DNA of 64,000 nucleotides. It comes from Alphaproteobacteria bacterium (GTDB taxonomy: Bacteria > Pseudomonadota > Alphaproteobacteria > RF32 > CAG-239). The translations under genes and the position numbers were made by a program. Below the pieces are notes generated by a model that worked only from the letters and a program-made list of their open reading frames with translations, ran no database searches and was not told where the DNA came from. Positions 39,277 through 50,018 of this stretch are shown here, in pieces (position 1 is the first letter of the stretch; every line of letters starts with the position of its first letter). The stretch spans positions 1,076 through 65,075 of the forward strand of contig JAFUEX010000014.1 in assembly GCA_017470165.1 (NCBI GenBank). Reading direction: 5' to 3'.

Positions 39277-41469
39277 TTAGCGCAGCGGCTTGATGATGAT
39301 GGTAGACAAGGGCGGTAAGGTTACTTGGATGGAAAACGGTTTATAGTTGCAACCGATTTCATCGGCGTGAACCGGATGGTCGTTTTTAACACCGCTACCC
39401 CAATAGTTGACATCATCACTGTTAAATATCTCCTGATAGTCGCAGTTTTCGGGAACACCAATGCGATAGTTGCGACGCACCACAGGCGTGAAATTGCAAA
39501 TCACTATCATAAAGTCGTTGTAATCATAGCCGCGCCGCAGATAAGAAATGACGCTGTCGTCGGCATTGGAATGGTCCAGCCACTCAAAACCGCGGTAGTC
39601 AAAATCCTGCTGATACATACAAGGGTTGCCTTTGTACATAAGATTGAGGTCGCGCACGCAGTTTTGCATACCGCGATACATCGGATGATCGAGCAAAAAC
39701 CACCTCAGCCCTTCTTCCGAATTCCACTCGTAATCTTGGCCAAACTCGCAGCCCATAAACAACAATTTCTTACCGGGGTGCGTATACATAAAGCCATAGT
39801 AGGCGCGCAAGTTGGCAAACTTCTGCCACTCGTCTCCCGGCATTTTGGAAAGCATGGAGCCTTTGCCGTGAACAACCTCATCGTGCGAAATGGGCAAAAT
39901 AAAATTCTCGTTAAAAGCATAAAGCAGGCCGAAAGTTAGCATCCCGTGGTGATATTTGCGGTGCACCGGCTCGTGAGAAATATAGCGCAAGGTGTCGTTC
40001 ATCCAGCCCATATTCCATTTGTAGCCGAAGCCCAATCCCCCCATCGAGGTGGGACGCGAAACCATCGGCCAAGCGGTTGACTCTTCGGCAATAGTCAAAA
40101 TACCCGAAGATGAGGAATAAGCCAGCCCGTTCATCCGGCGCAGAAAGGCTATAGCCTCAATATTTTCGTTTCCGCCGTATTGGTTGGGAATCCACTCGCC
40201 GGCCTTGCGGGAATAATCCAAATAGAGCATTGAAGCCACAGCATCGACCCTGAGGCCGTCGATATGAAATTCTTTGAGCCAATAAAGTGCGCTGCAACAC
40301 AAAAAGTTGGAAACCTCAGAGCGCCCGTAGTTATAAATCTTGGTACCCCAGTCGGTGTGCTCGCCCTTGCGCGGGTCGGCGTGCTCGTAAAGATGGGTGC
40401 CGTCAAACTCGTTGAGTCCGTGTGCATCTTTGGGGAAATGCGCCGGAACCCAATCCATAATCACACTGATACCGGCCTGATGAAAACGGTCAATCATATA
40501 GCGTAAATCATCCGGTGTGCCGAAACGCGAAGTGGGAGCAAACATCCCGATAACCTGATATCCCCAAGAAGCATCAAGCGGATGCTCGGCCAGAGGCAAA
40601 AATTCAACGTGAGTAAAACCCATATTTTGGACATAAGGAATCAGGCGGTCAGCCAGCTCGCGGTAGGTCAGATATTCGTTATTTTCTTTGCGGCGCCACG
40701 AGCCTAAATGCACCTCGTAAATCGACATCGGACGGTCGAAAGAATTACTCTCCGCACGATAGCGCATCCAATCTTCGTCGCCCCAAACATAATGATTGAG
40801 ATCGTAGACCACCGAGGCCGTACTGGGTCTGCGCTCGGAATAAAAAGCCACCGGATCCGACTTTAAGAACACATTACCGGAGTTGGTTTTAATCTCGTAT
40901 TTGTACAATTCACCCTCGCCGATGTTGGGGATGAAAATATCCCACACACCACAAGAGGGATGCTTGCGCATAACATCAACCCGACCATCCCAATTGTTGA
41001 ACGCACCGACCACGCTGACACGCTTGGCATTAGGCGCCCAAACCGCAAAGGCCACACCTTTGATACCATCTTTTTCCATAATATGCGCGCCGAGTTTTTT
41101 GTACATATCCAAGTGGTTGCCCTCGGCCAAAAGATAGATATCCATATCCCCTAAAGTTGGAGTGAAACGATAAGTGTCTTCGGCGATATAGGCCTCGCCC
41201 TTATCATTGGTTATGCGAAATCTATAATCATAATTGTCGGTTACGCCCAAATCTATCTGATAGAATCCGCGCGCATCAAGTTTGGTCATAAAACCGCGCG
41301 AAGTATTGTCGCGAGAAAGCACTTCAATCGACGATGATCTCGGCAGGTAGGCACGAATAAAAGACTCCTTGCTACCCTTGTCGCGATGAATTCCTAACAC
41401 AGCAAAAACATTGCCGTGATCACCATTAATGATGGCTTCCGTTTCCTCTTTAGATAATAAATTTTGCAT
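39277..41469 (-). CDS. glgB: 1,4-alpha-glucan branching enzyme
   Basis: FAVWAPNA, IYEVHLGSW, DWVPAHFP, DGLRVDAVASMLY, AEESTAWP, SHDEVVHGKGS. Confidence 0.98.
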   Translation of the reverse strand: MQNLLSKEETEAIINGDHGNVFAVLGIHRDKGSKESFIRAYLPRSSSIEVLSRDNTSRGFMTKLDARGFYQIDLGVTDNYDYRFRITNDKGEAYIAEDTYRFTPTLGDMDIYLLAEGNHLDMYKKLGAHIMEKDGIKGVAFAVWAPNAKRVSVVGAFNNWDGRVDVMRKHPSCGVWDIFIPNIGEGELYKYEIKTNSGNVFLKSDPVAFYSERRPSTASVVYDLNHYVWGDEDWMRYRAESNSFDRPMSIYEVHLGSWRRKENNEYLTYRELADRLIPYVQNMGFTHVEFLPLAEHPLDASWGYQVIGMFAPTSRFGTPDDLRYMIDRFHQAGISVIMDWVPAHFPKDAHGLNEFDGTHLYEHADPRKGEHTDWGTKIYNYGRSEVSNFLCCSALYWLKEFHIDGLRVDAVASMLYLDYSRKAGEWIPNQYGGNENIEAIAFLRRMNGLAYSSSSGILTIAEESTAWPMVSRPTSMGGLGFGYKWNMGWMNDTLRYISHEPVHRKYHHGMLTFGLLYAFNENFILPISHDEVVHGKGSMLSKMPGDEWQKFANLRAYYGFMYTHPGKKLLFMGCEFGQDYEWNSEEGLRWFLLDHPMYRGMQNCVRDLNLMYKGNPCMYQQDFDYRGFEWLDHSNADDSVISYLRRGYDYNDFMIVICNFTPVVRRNYRIGVPENCDYQEIFNSDDVNYWGSGVKNDHPVHADEIGCNYKPFSIQVTLPPLSTIIIKPLR

Positions 41470-41705
41470 TTAATTTTCCCATATTATTAGATGATTTGAT
41501 TTAAGTCGTTATCGGCTGATTATATTTATAATTTCTTATATCATTAAATGCAACAATTTGGTTAAAATCAAATTAAAAATCGGGATAACTTTTTAAATTT
41601 TTTTTGCATTTTTTTATGATATTATAACAATTTGCTATTGACGGATAAAAATTTGTATGTATATTAAGTTATGTTTATTGAAACTTTTATTTGGAGTTAG
41701 TGATT

Positions 41706-41915
41706 ATGGTTAATAACGAACAAGCTATCAGAGAAGCCGCTTACTATCTTTGGCAAAACGCCGGCTGCCCGAACGGACAGAACGATTATTTTTGGGCCAA
41801 AGCTCAAGAGCAGTTGAATTGCTGCAAGTCCTGCAACAAGACAACTTCGACTTCTTCTGCGAAAAAGTCTTCGACTAGTGCTAAAAAATCTTCCAGCACC
41901 AAGTCGAAAAAATAA
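41706..41915 (+). CDS. DUF2934 domain small protein with Ser/Lys tail
   Basis: EQAIREAAYYLWQNAGCPNGQNDYFWAKAQEQL; GGAG upstream. Confidence 0.85.
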   Translation: MVNNEQAIREAAYYLWQNAGCPNGQNDYFWAKAQEQLNCCKSCNKTTSTSSAKKSSTSAKKSSSTKSKK

Positions 41916-41940
41916 GTTTTTTCCATCGGAAAAATAATGT

Positions 41941-41972
41941 AAAAATCTCTGCCTTGCGGTGGAGATTTTTTT
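41941..41972. terminator. Bidirectional terminator
   Basis: AAAAATCTCTGC-CTT-GCGGTGGAGATTTTT between convergent genes. Confidence 0.7.
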
Positions 41973-43105
41973 TAGTTTTTTACAGCGGTAAATACGGCGC
42001 CGATAATGTCTTTGTCCCCCTCGCGACGCAAGGGAATCCGTGACTTTGACACCAGTGAAAGTCCGGCTGATTGCAATGATTTTTCGACATAAGAAAGTCG
42101 ATGTGAAAAACGCGAGGACAGGTGCAAAAAATAGTCGGCATCATTGAGTTGGTTTTCGCTTACGGTGAAGAGAAAAAAACCACCGCTTGAGAGATGAGAG
42201 GCAATGGCGGAAAACAAAGAATCCAGCCGACCGAAATAGGTGAGAACATCCGCGGAAATTATAACCGGAAAAGAATAATTATTTTCGGCCAAATACGCGG
42301 TAATTTCTTTTTTGACAAGCTGAGTATAAAGATTTTTGAGCGAGGCCTGATGCAGCATATGAGCAGATATATCAACGCCAAACAGACGAGCTTTGGGAAA
42401 TTTTTTGACCAATTCAAAAGCGCACAATCCGCTGCCGCAGCCTAAATCCAAAACATCAAAAACATCATCCGACGGCGGCATAACTTGTGCCAAAGCAGCG
42501 GTTATGCGCGCTGGAGAATCATAGTTGAGAGCCGCTAAAACCGTGTCAAATTCAGGGGCAAAAATGTCAAACATTTTTTCGATATATTCCGGCTCGTCTT
42601 TAGTGAAATTATCATCAAAATGAAAAGCGGCATAACACTGTTTGGCAACAGCAGAATCGGGAAGCAGATGATGAAATTCATCGACCTTTTGAAGCACAAA
42701 ATCAGCTCCTTTTTCCAGCGCGATTTCGTACAAAGAATAAGCCAAATTGATTTGCTGCTCCATGGCAAAATCACTGAGTACTGCGGCCTGCCATGCGGAG
42801 TTGAGTGCATCATGGCTGCGATGCAAATGCTGATATGTTTTGGAAAGATATACCTGCCACCAAGGGTTGTCGGCATCAACCACTGCAAGATGTTCCAACA
42901 AGGGAAGCGCTTGTGAATAGTCTTGCATTTCGTAGTAAGACGAAGCCAGATTGCTATAGGCGGCATAGTGGTCGGGAAAGGTGTGCAATATTTTTTGATA
43001 TAAAAGAATCGCGGCCGGATAGTCCTTGGAAACGTACAAAATATTGGCGCGCTCCAAACGCCGCCTTGCAATAAATTCGCGATATTTTAACAGCCAATTA
43101 ATCAT
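41972..43105 (-). CDS. TPR-repeat class I SAM-dependent methyltransferase
   Basis: N-terminal TPRs (AYSNLASSYY); YIEKMFD..A..FD..L..LNY; VLDLGCGSG; GVDISAHML; ADVLTYFG. Confidence 0.88.
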   Translation of the reverse strand: MINWLLKYREFIARRRLERANILYVSKDYPAAILLYQKILHTFPDHYAAYSNLASSYYEMQDYSQALPLLEHLAVVDADNPWWQVYLSKTYQHLHRSHDALNSAWQAAVLSDFAMEQQINLAYSLYEIALEKGADFVLQKVDEFHHLLPDSAVAKQCYAAFHFDDNFTKDEPEYIEKMFDIFAPEFDTVLAALNYDSPARITAALAQVMPPSDDVFDVLDLGCGSGLCAFELVKKFPKARLFGVDISAHMLHQASLKNLYTQLVKKEITAYLAENNYSFPVIISADVLTYFGRLDSLFSAIASHLSSGGFFLFTVSENQLNDADYFLHLSSRFSHRLSYVEKSLQSAGLSLVSKSRIPLRREGDKDIIGAVFTAVKN

Positions 43106-43158
43106 TCTTAAACCTATTGTGCGTTACTATAACAGCATAATTTAATCAGGTTAAAAAA

Positions 43159-44514
43159 ATGATAACATATTCTTATCGTAAAATTGCCGATATATCATGG
43201 CCGCTGATTTTGGGGATGGTAATTCAGACGCTTATCGGCACTACCGATACCATATTTTTGGGACACGTCGGCGAAGTGGAGCTCGGAGCAAGTGCCATCG
43301 GCGGGTTGTTCTATCTGCTGGTTTATATGATTGAACACGGATTTGCCACCGGCGGGCAAATTTTGATGGCGCGGAGATTTGGTCGCAAAGGCCGCAACCT
43401 CAAAAAAATCGGCAATATTTTTTGGCTGACCAATAATGTGATTAGCGGTTTATCGATTGCAGCAATAATCGCAATATATTTTACGGCTTACAATATTCTG
43501 CGCTTAACAATCGCTCAGGAAGTGTTACAAAGTGCGATTTTGATTTATTGTATACCCCGTAGTTTCGGGCTGATATTTTCCGGCGTTAAGTCGGTGATGA
43601 GCGGATTTTTGGTGGCGATAAACACCACCAGACATATTGCTATTGCTTCGGTGATTTTGCTGGTGGCCAACATCGGATTTGATTGGTGGCTAATTTTCGG
43701 CGGATGGGGAATCGAGCCGATGGGGCTTAAGGGTGCGGCAATAGCTTCGGTTTTGGCAGAAGCCGGAGCGACAATATATTTGGCGGGATATATTGCTTGG
43801 CGCATTAATTGGCGCAAATATGGTTTTGATAAATTTTTGTTGTGGCACCGCGAACTGTTCAGAGAAATTATGCTGATGTCGTCTTACATTATGCTGCTGA
43901 GTTTTTTGGGATGGGGAACGTGGCTGTACTTTTTTATTGAGATTGAGAAGCTGGGTGTGGAGGCGTTGGCAATATCCAATATTCTGAAATCGATGCTGTC
44001 GTTTTTATGTATTGTGGCAAGCTCTTTGGCAACGGTGACGACCTCAATTGTCAGCACGCTTATCGGCGCTGGCAAAAATGCCGAAGTGCTGCCGACGCTG
44101 AAGAGAATTTTTAAGTTTGGCGCCCTGCCCTATTATGGCGGATTTTTGATTTTGGCAATTTGGCCGGAGCAGTTTTTGGGTTTGTTTACCGATGATGCTG
44201 CGTTGATTGAGCGTGCCGTCGGACCGCTTTATACAATGTTGGCTGCTAACTTGATTATCTTGCCGGAATCGATTTATTTTTATGCGTTGTTCGGCGCCGG
44301 AAGATTAAAATTTGCTCTGATTACCGAGGTGATTTGTTCGGTGATTTATATCGCGGCGATAAGAATAATTATCGGAGTGTGTCGCGCTGATTTGGAATGG
44401 TGCTATCTGGTGGATTTGGTGTATTATGCCACGGCCTTGCCGATTGCCTACTTCTATATGCAACACGGGTATTGGCAGGATGGCTTCAATTGCAAAAAAG
44501 CCGCGACGGCTTAA
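43159..44514 (+). CDS. MATE family efflux transporter
   Basis: PLILGMVIQTLIGTTDTIFLGHVG..LGASAIG; NIGFDWWLIFG..GLKGAAIAS; about 12 TMs. Confidence 0.92.
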   Translation: MITYSYRKIADISWPLILGMVIQTLIGTTDTIFLGHVGEVELGASAIGGLFYLLVYMIEHGFATGGQILMARRFGRKGRNLKKIGNIFWLTNNVISGLSIAAIIAIYFTAYNILRLTIAQEVLQSAILIYCIPRSFGLIFSGVKSVMSGFLVAINTTRHIAIASVILLVANIGFDWWLIFGGWGIEPMGLKGAAIASVLAEAGATIYLAGYIAWRINWRKYGFDKFLLWHRELFREIMLMSSYIMLLSFLGWGTWLYFFIEIEKLGVEALAISNILKSMLSFLCIVASSLATVTTSIVSTLIGAGKNAEVLPTLKRIFKFGALPYYGGFLILAIWPEQFLGLFTDDAALIERAVGPLYTMLAANLIILPESIYFYALFGAGRLKFALITEVICSVIYIAAIRIIIGVCRADLEWCYLVDLVYYATALPIAYFYMQHGYWQDGFNCKKAATA

Positions 44515-44615
44515 AAATTTTTTCGTGCCAGTAAATTAGAATTTATCAACTTGCTTTTTCTAACTTTGGTGCTATTATATGATGAGATGAGTTTAATTGT
44601 TCGGAGTTGAAAAAA

Positions 44616-45311
44616 ATGACCAAACCTGTTGTATTTTATTATTCTCGCCGCAAATTGGGACTTTATTTGTTGGCAAATATTGTGTTGTTGGCTTTGGCCG
44701 GATTGTTTACTTGGATTATATTTCCAGAATATTCAATCGTGTACGGCTATGCGCTGATAACTTGTGCCATATCATTGCTGGCATCGTTGATTGTATTTAT
44801 TTTCCCGATGAAATTGGCGGTGCTGGACGATGAACAAATAAAAATCGACCATGACGAGCCGATTAGCTGGTCGCAAATCAAAGATATTGAAAAAGAGGGA
44901 GTGGTTTGCTGCGGAATTGACCGCTCTATCATCCGACTGGTGCCCTATAAGCTCGCCAACTATCACAAATCGCTGATGCAGAGGTTGACCAATTCGTCGC
45001 GTTTCGGAATGTTCTCAATTCCGCTGTATGCCATGGATAAAAAATCGGCCGCCCAAATTACCAAGATGATTGAAGAACACGTTAAGAGTGCAGATGTTGC
45101 CAAAGGCAGAGGCAAAGTCGGGCGTCCGGCCAAGACAACAAGCACCAAAGCACCTGCCAAGGATAATAAAACGGCTAAAACTAAAACCGCTACGGCAAAG
45201 TCTGCTGCAGCGAAGGGCAAGAAAGCCGCTCGACCGGAGAAAAAAGCATCAGTTGCCAAGAAAGCTCCCAAACAGCGGAAGAGAGTGACTAAAAAACGCC
45301 AGACTCTTTGA
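44616..45311 (+). CDS. Hypothetical membrane protein with Lys/Ala-rich (histone H1-like) C-terminal tail
   Basis: Two TMs, a globular domain, then KAPAKDNKTAKTKTATAKSAAAKGKKAA... Confidence 0.75.
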   Translation: MTKPVVFYYSRRKLGLYLLANIVLLALAGLFTWIIFPEYSIVYGYALITCAISLLASLIVFIFPMKLAVLDDEQIKIDHDEPISWSQIKDIEKEGVVCCGIDRSIIRLVPYKLANYHKSLMQRLTNSSRFGMFSIPLYAMDKKSAAQITKMIEEHVKSADVAKGRGKVGRPAKTTSTKAPAKDNKTAKTKTATAKSAAAKGKKAARPEKKASVAKKAPKQRKRVTKKRQTL

Positions 45312-47571
45312 TAAGATTGGCCTTACGGGTATGGGGAGGATTTTTGCCTCCCCTTATTTGTTGCCAAATTTCCTGCACCTTAGAGGGAGTATATTCAACA
45401 TAGCAAAAATCGGCACGCAGCCAATCCGCCGCAACATCAGGGGCTATGTCGGCCGCGCTGAAGGCCTGCTTGGCAAATACCCAAGTTTGGCAATTTTCGC
45501 TGCGCAAGCGGTAGCTTTTGCCGTTTCTGGTTAAATCACTCCAGAGCAGATGACGATTGCACTCGGTACAAGAATTTTCCCGCACGCAGACTGCCGAATT
45601 GAACAACACCGCATCCTGATAGACCACCATAGCAACATCCAGCGGTGATTTTTTCGCAACTGTTTGCAGGTTGGCAAGCGTGTCTTCTACCGGCAGGGTT
45701 ATCCGCTTTGCGCCAATCTCCATGGCAAAAGCCGCAGCCTGAGTGTTGAAAGTGTAGAGCATATGGTCAAAACTGAGGTCAACCTCTGCTGAGGAGAGTG
45801 CGCCGAGCCCCCAATAGTTGCTTATCTCCCACTTGCGATATCCCGCTGATATCAGCTCGTTTATCAGCGATTGCATTTTGGGCATATCCCGACAGATAAC
45901 TGGCAAAGCAAAGCGCAGTTTGGATTGCGGAAGGCTTGCCAAATCTTGGCTGTGAGTGTTTTCACTCAGCAAGTACATTATTTCGTCTATTTGGTTTAAG
46001 TCAAGCTCGCGCAGGTATTCGCAGTTGTCAACTTTGATAATCCAGCGCGGAGAGCGGCTCACCTGACGCGGTGCAGGCGACACAAGAGTTTTCGGCTCAT
46101 CGGTTATTTCAATTTTTGCATACAGGCCGCGGCGCAGCTCATTGAGCAACGAAACCGGCACAAACAACCTTTGCGGATTACTAATTTTGACTTGGTGCAA
46201 AGAAAATTTTTCATCTCCGGTTTTGGCAAAAACTTTTTCTATGACTGCGGTCATTTTATCGACCGACAAGGCCGGTGCAAACTCGCCCTGCAGAGCATAT
46301 TCCTGTCTGTTGGCGCGGGCGGTCAGCTGCTTTTGAGAGATAATTACCTCAACCTCAAGCGCCGGTTTTTGCCAAAATTCTTTTGCCTTGGGCCGGCTAT
46401 AGTCATAAGCGCCTTTGACCCGCGACGACGAGGCTAAATACACCTTCATTCCTTTTTGCAATTTATCTTTGGTCTGCGGCAGCCAAACTTCGACCTTTTC
46501 GCCGGCTTTGACTTCCCAGCTGCTCTTAGATGAGGTGTGAAACTGCATCAACGAAAATCCATAGGGCTTTTCTTCACCGGCGATATCAATTTGGATGCCG
46601 TCGTGGCGGGCGATGGCGCACCGCGGAGTGAAAACTATTTTGCGGCCTTGCACGGACTCTATCTCTCCGATTTCAAGTCCGCGGTGTCCGACATACTCGC
46701 TATCGGTTACCGCCTTGTTGCGCCCCATAAAATGAAATTTGCACCATGGACGAGAAAAAATTTGTTTGATGTTAGCGGCACGTTGCGCATCGGCACCGTG
46801 ACCATCCAAAATCCGGCGATAATAATCCACCACAGCAGCAACATACAAAGCGTTTTTCTTGCGACCTTCAATCTTGAGTGAATAAACTGGAAGTTTGGCA
46901 ATATCCCCCTGCAATGCCATATCTTTCATCGAAAACCAATGGCCTTTTTTGCCATCTTTGACAAATTCATCGCGGCAAGGATACAAACATTTGCCCCGAT
47001 TGGCGCTGCGGGAAGATTCCATTGAAGAGAACTGACACACTCCGCTGTATGAATAGCACAAAGCGCCGTGAATGAAACACTCCAACTCGATATCAACTGC
47101 CTTGGCAATGGCGGAAATCTCGGCAGCGGTGAGCTCGCGTGCCAATACCACCCGCTCAAAACCCAAATTTTGCAAGGCCAATGCCCCCTGAAGATTGTGC
47201 ACCGCCATTTGCGTGCTGGCGTGCAGCGCCAACTGCGGATAATGAGTTTTGACCACGCGAGCCACTCCCAAATCCTGCACAATCAAGGCATCGACATTGG
47301 CCGCGGCACACACGGCCAAATTTTGCATCAAATCGGGCAGCTCGCGTTCTTGAAGCACCGTATTGATGGCGACAAACACTTTGCGGCCGAGGAAATGCGC
47401 ATAGCCGGTAAATTCGTTGAGCTCTTGTGCCGAAAAATTGCCGGCGGTAGCTCGTGCCGAAAATTGTTTCAACCCCAAATACACCGCATCGGCACCATAA
47501 TACAATGCGGCATATCCGGCCTGTGGATCACCGGCCGGCGCCAATAGTTCTTTTTTGAGTGTTGCTGCCAT
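45289..47571 (-). CDS. U32 peptidase family protein (RlhA-like, probable rRNA hydroxylase)
   Basis: ELLAPAG, GADAVYLG, HASTQM, ECFIHGALCYSYSGVC, SANRGKCLYPCR, LKIEGR; long C-terminal extension. Confidence 0.88.
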   Translation of the reverse strand: MAATLKKELLAPAGDPQAGYAALYYGADAVYLGLKQFSARATAGNFSAQELNEFTGYAHFLGRKVFVAINTVLQERELPDLMQNLAVCAAANVDALIVQDLGVARVVKTHYPQLALHASTQMAVHNLQGALALQNLGFERVVLARELTAAEISAIAKAVDIELECFIHGALCYSYSGVCQFSSMESSRSANRGKCLYPCRDEFVKDGKKGHWFSMKDMALQGDIAKLPVYSLKIEGRKKNALYVAAVVDYYRRILDGHGADAQRAANIKQIFSRPWCKFHFMGRNKAVTDSEYVGHRGLEIGEIESVQGRKIVFTPRCAIARHDGIQIDIAGEEKPYGFSLMQFHTSSKSSWEVKAGEKVEVWLPQTKDKLQKGMKVYLASSSRVKGAYDYSRPKAKEFWQKPALEVEVIISQKQLTARANRQEYALQGEFAPALSVDKMTAVIEKVFAKTGDEKFSLHQVKISNPQRLFVPVSLLNELRRGLYAKIEITDEPKTLVSPAPRQVSRSPRWIIKVDNCEYLRELDLNQIDEIMYLLSENTHSQDLASLPQSKLRFALPVICRDMPKMQSLINELISAGYRKWEISNYWGLGALSSAEVDLSFDHMLYTFNTQAAAFAMEIGAKRITLPVEDTLANLQTVAKKSPLDVAMVVYQDAVLFNSAVCVRENSCTECNRHLLWSDLTRNGKSYRLRSENCQTWVFAKQAFSAADIAPDVAADWLRADFCYVEYTPSKVQEIWQQIRGGKNPPHTRKANLIKESGVF

Positions 47572-47679
47572 AAAAAAAGTCCTTTTCTGCCTCGAATTTT
47601 TAAATGTTTATTTATATATTATATTTTATATTAATCTGCAACTAAATTTATCACTTCAATTTTTAAGGTGTTCAATTCC

Positions 47680-49452
47680 ATGCATAATTTGCCCGCTTTG
47701 ATATCCGATTTGGCCTTAATTATGATTTGTGCCGGCCTTATCACCATTATTTTTAAAAAACTTAAGCAGCCGGTTGTATTGGGCTATATTCTTTCCGGTA
47801 TTTTGGTGGGGCCGCATATTATGCTCACCCCGACGACTATCGACAAAGAAAATATCCAAATTTGGGCAGATATCGGTGTGATATTTCTGTTGTTCAGTTT
47901 GGGGTTGGAGTTCAGTTTCAAAAAGATTGTCAATGTCGGAAAATCGGCCATAATCACCGCTTCGACCAATATTTTGTTTATGCTGATTATCGGTTATAAT
48001 GTCGGGTTAAATTTGGGATGGTCAACCACCGAGAGCCTGTTTTTGGGTGGTATGATTTCGATGTCGTCTACCACCATTATCATCAAGGCGTTTGATGAGC
48101 TTAATCTCAAGGCTGAGAAATTTACGGATTTGGTGTTTGGTGTTTTGGTGGTGGAAGATGTGGTGGGCATTTTACTGTTGGTGCTGCTGCCGGCAATTTC
48201 CATCGGCAAAAACGTCAGCGGCATTGAGGTTTTGACCAGCGCCGGAAAATTGGTGTTTTTCTTGATATTGTGGTTTATTACCGGTGTTTATCTGGTGCCG
48301 ACTTTTTTGAAAAAGGTTATTCATCTACTCAATGACGAATTGCTGCTGCTGGTTTCTATCGCTTTGTGTCTGGGGATGGTGCTGGTGGCTTCATCGGTAG
48401 GTTTTTCGTCGGCTTTGGGAGCGTTTATTATGGGGTCAATTCTATCGGAGGCTGATGAGGCCGAACGCATTGAGAAGCTGATACGCCCGATTAAAGATTT
48501 GTTCGGCGCGGTGTTTTTTGTGTCGGTGGGAATGTTGGTTGACCCGAATATGTTTGTGGAATATATTGTTCCCATAACCATTATCACCATTGTGGTAATG
48601 CTGGGTAAGGTGATTTTGTCGGTGGCCGGTTTTCTGCTGTCGGGCAATCGTTTGGAGACCTCAATTCATGGCGGATTTTCGCTGGCTCAGGTGGGAGAAT
48701 TTGCTTTTATTATTGCCGCGGCCGGTATGTCAATCGGAGTTTTGGGCGACTATGTTTATCCCATTATTGTGGCGGTTTCAGTGGTGACTACTTTTACTAC
48801 CCCGTTGATGATAAAGGCGGCCTCTCCGGCCTATAGTATTGTTTATCGACGTTTGCTGCCGGCATCGTGGAAAAGTTATTTGAGCGCCCACACCACCTCC
48901 AAAAAAGACACCAACGAAGAAGAGGAATTATGGATTCAGTTGTTTAAGAAATATTTTTTCAAGCTCTGCATCGCCTCGGTGATTTTGATTGCCATTATTA
49001 ACCTGTCGTTTTATTTTTTGGCGCCGTTTGTTAAAAAATACACCCATCCGCAAGCTGCCGATTTTATTACTACGATTATCACATTGGCTGCAATGTCGCC
49101 ATTTTTGCAAGGGCTGTTATCGGTCAACAGCGACTTGGCGCGCATTTATCTTACCTTGTGGAACAAGCGTTTGACCAACAGGTTGCCGCTGATTTTGTGC
49201 ACCGTGCTGCGACTGGCCATTATCATTATTTTTATTATGGTGGTTATCAACCATCTGCTGACCAAAAACTTTTATATCACTTATGCGCTTGTCGGCATAA
49301 TGATTGCCATTATATATAAATCATCGTGGCTGTCCAAGAGCTACAAACACATTGAGCGGCAATTCTTGTCCAACCTTTATCGACACAAAGATAAAGAGAA
49401 GGATAAAGATGCCGCCCCAACCGAAAAAGAGGAGACCAAAACCGATGAGTAA
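47680..49452 (+). CDS. CPA2 cation:proton antiporter
   Basis: KQPVVLGYILSG, LLFSLGLEFS, SMSSTTIIIK, LVVEDV, LAQVGEFAFIIA. Confidence 0.92.
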   Translation: MHNLPALISDLALIMICAGLITIIFKKLKQPVVLGYILSGILVGPHIMLTPTTIDKENIQIWADIGVIFLLFSLGLEFSFKKIVNVGKSAIITASTNILFMLIIGYNVGLNLGWSTTESLFLGGMISMSSTTIIIKAFDELNLKAEKFTDLVFGVLVVEDVVGILLLVLLPAISIGKNVSGIEVLTSAGKLVFFLILWFITGVYLVPTFLKKVIHLLNDELLLLVSIALCLGMVLVASSVGFSSALGAFIMGSILSEADEAERIEKLIRPIKDLFGAVFFVSVGMLVDPNMFVEYIVPITIITIVVMLGKVILSVAGFLLSGNRLETSIHGGFSLAQVGEFAFIIAAAGMSIGVLGDYVYPIIVAVSVVTTFTTPLMIKAASPAYSIVYRRLLPASWKSYLSAHTTSKKDTNEEEELWIQLFKKYFFKLCIASVILIAIINLSFYFLAPFVKKYTHPQAADFITTIITLAAMSPFLQGLLSVNSDLARIYLTLWNKRLTNRLPLILCTVLRLAIIIIFIMVVINHLLTKNFYITYALVGIMIAIIYKSSWLSKSYKHIERQFLSNLYRHKDKEKDKDAAPTEKEETKTDE

Positions 49453-50011
49453 GACCGTATGTATTTTGCTGGCGGAAGGATTTGAAGAAATTGAGGCGTT
49501 GTTGCCGGCGGATATTTTCAAGCGCTTGGGGCTTGAGGTGGTATTGGTCGGCACTGATGGGCAAATTATCCGCGGAGCACACGATATTGAAATAAAAACC
49601 GCGGTTGATTTGGCTGATGTGTCTGCGGCCGATTTTGATGCCTTGCTGTTGCCGGGAGGCCTGCCGGGGGCTATCAATCTGCGCGACAATCAACGGGTAA
49701 TCGACTTGATTGTTGAGGCTGATAAACAAACTAAAATTATTGCCGCTATTTGTGCGGCGCCGATTGTGCTGCATGATGCCGGAATTGTTGCCGGACGACG
49801 CGCTACCGGCTATCCGGATACCGAGAGGCTGGCGCATACGCCGAATATTAAATTCAGCGGAAAAAATGTGGAAGTTGACGGACATATCATCACCGCCATC
49901 GGGATGGGGCAGGCAGCACCTTTTGCTTTTGCGATTGCTCAGGCGCTGGGTGTTGCTTTGGATAAAATCCGCAGCGTGGCGCAAAACGCATTTATCAACT
50001 GCGAGAAATGA
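49445..50011 (+). CDS. DJ-1/PfpI family (YajL/ThiJ-like) protein
   Basis: LAEGFEEIEA, LLLPGGLPGA, AAICAAP. Confidence 0.92.
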   Translation: MSKTVCILLAEGFEEIEALLPADIFKRLGLEVVLVGTDGQIIRGAHDIEIKTAVDLADVSAADFDALLLPGGLPGAINLRDNQRVIDLIVEADKQTKIIAAICAAPIVLHDAGIVAGRRATGYPDTERLAHTPNIKFSGKNVEVDGHIITAIGMGQAAPFAFAIAQALGVALDKIRSVAQNAFINCEK

Positions 50012-50018
50012 GATAACT

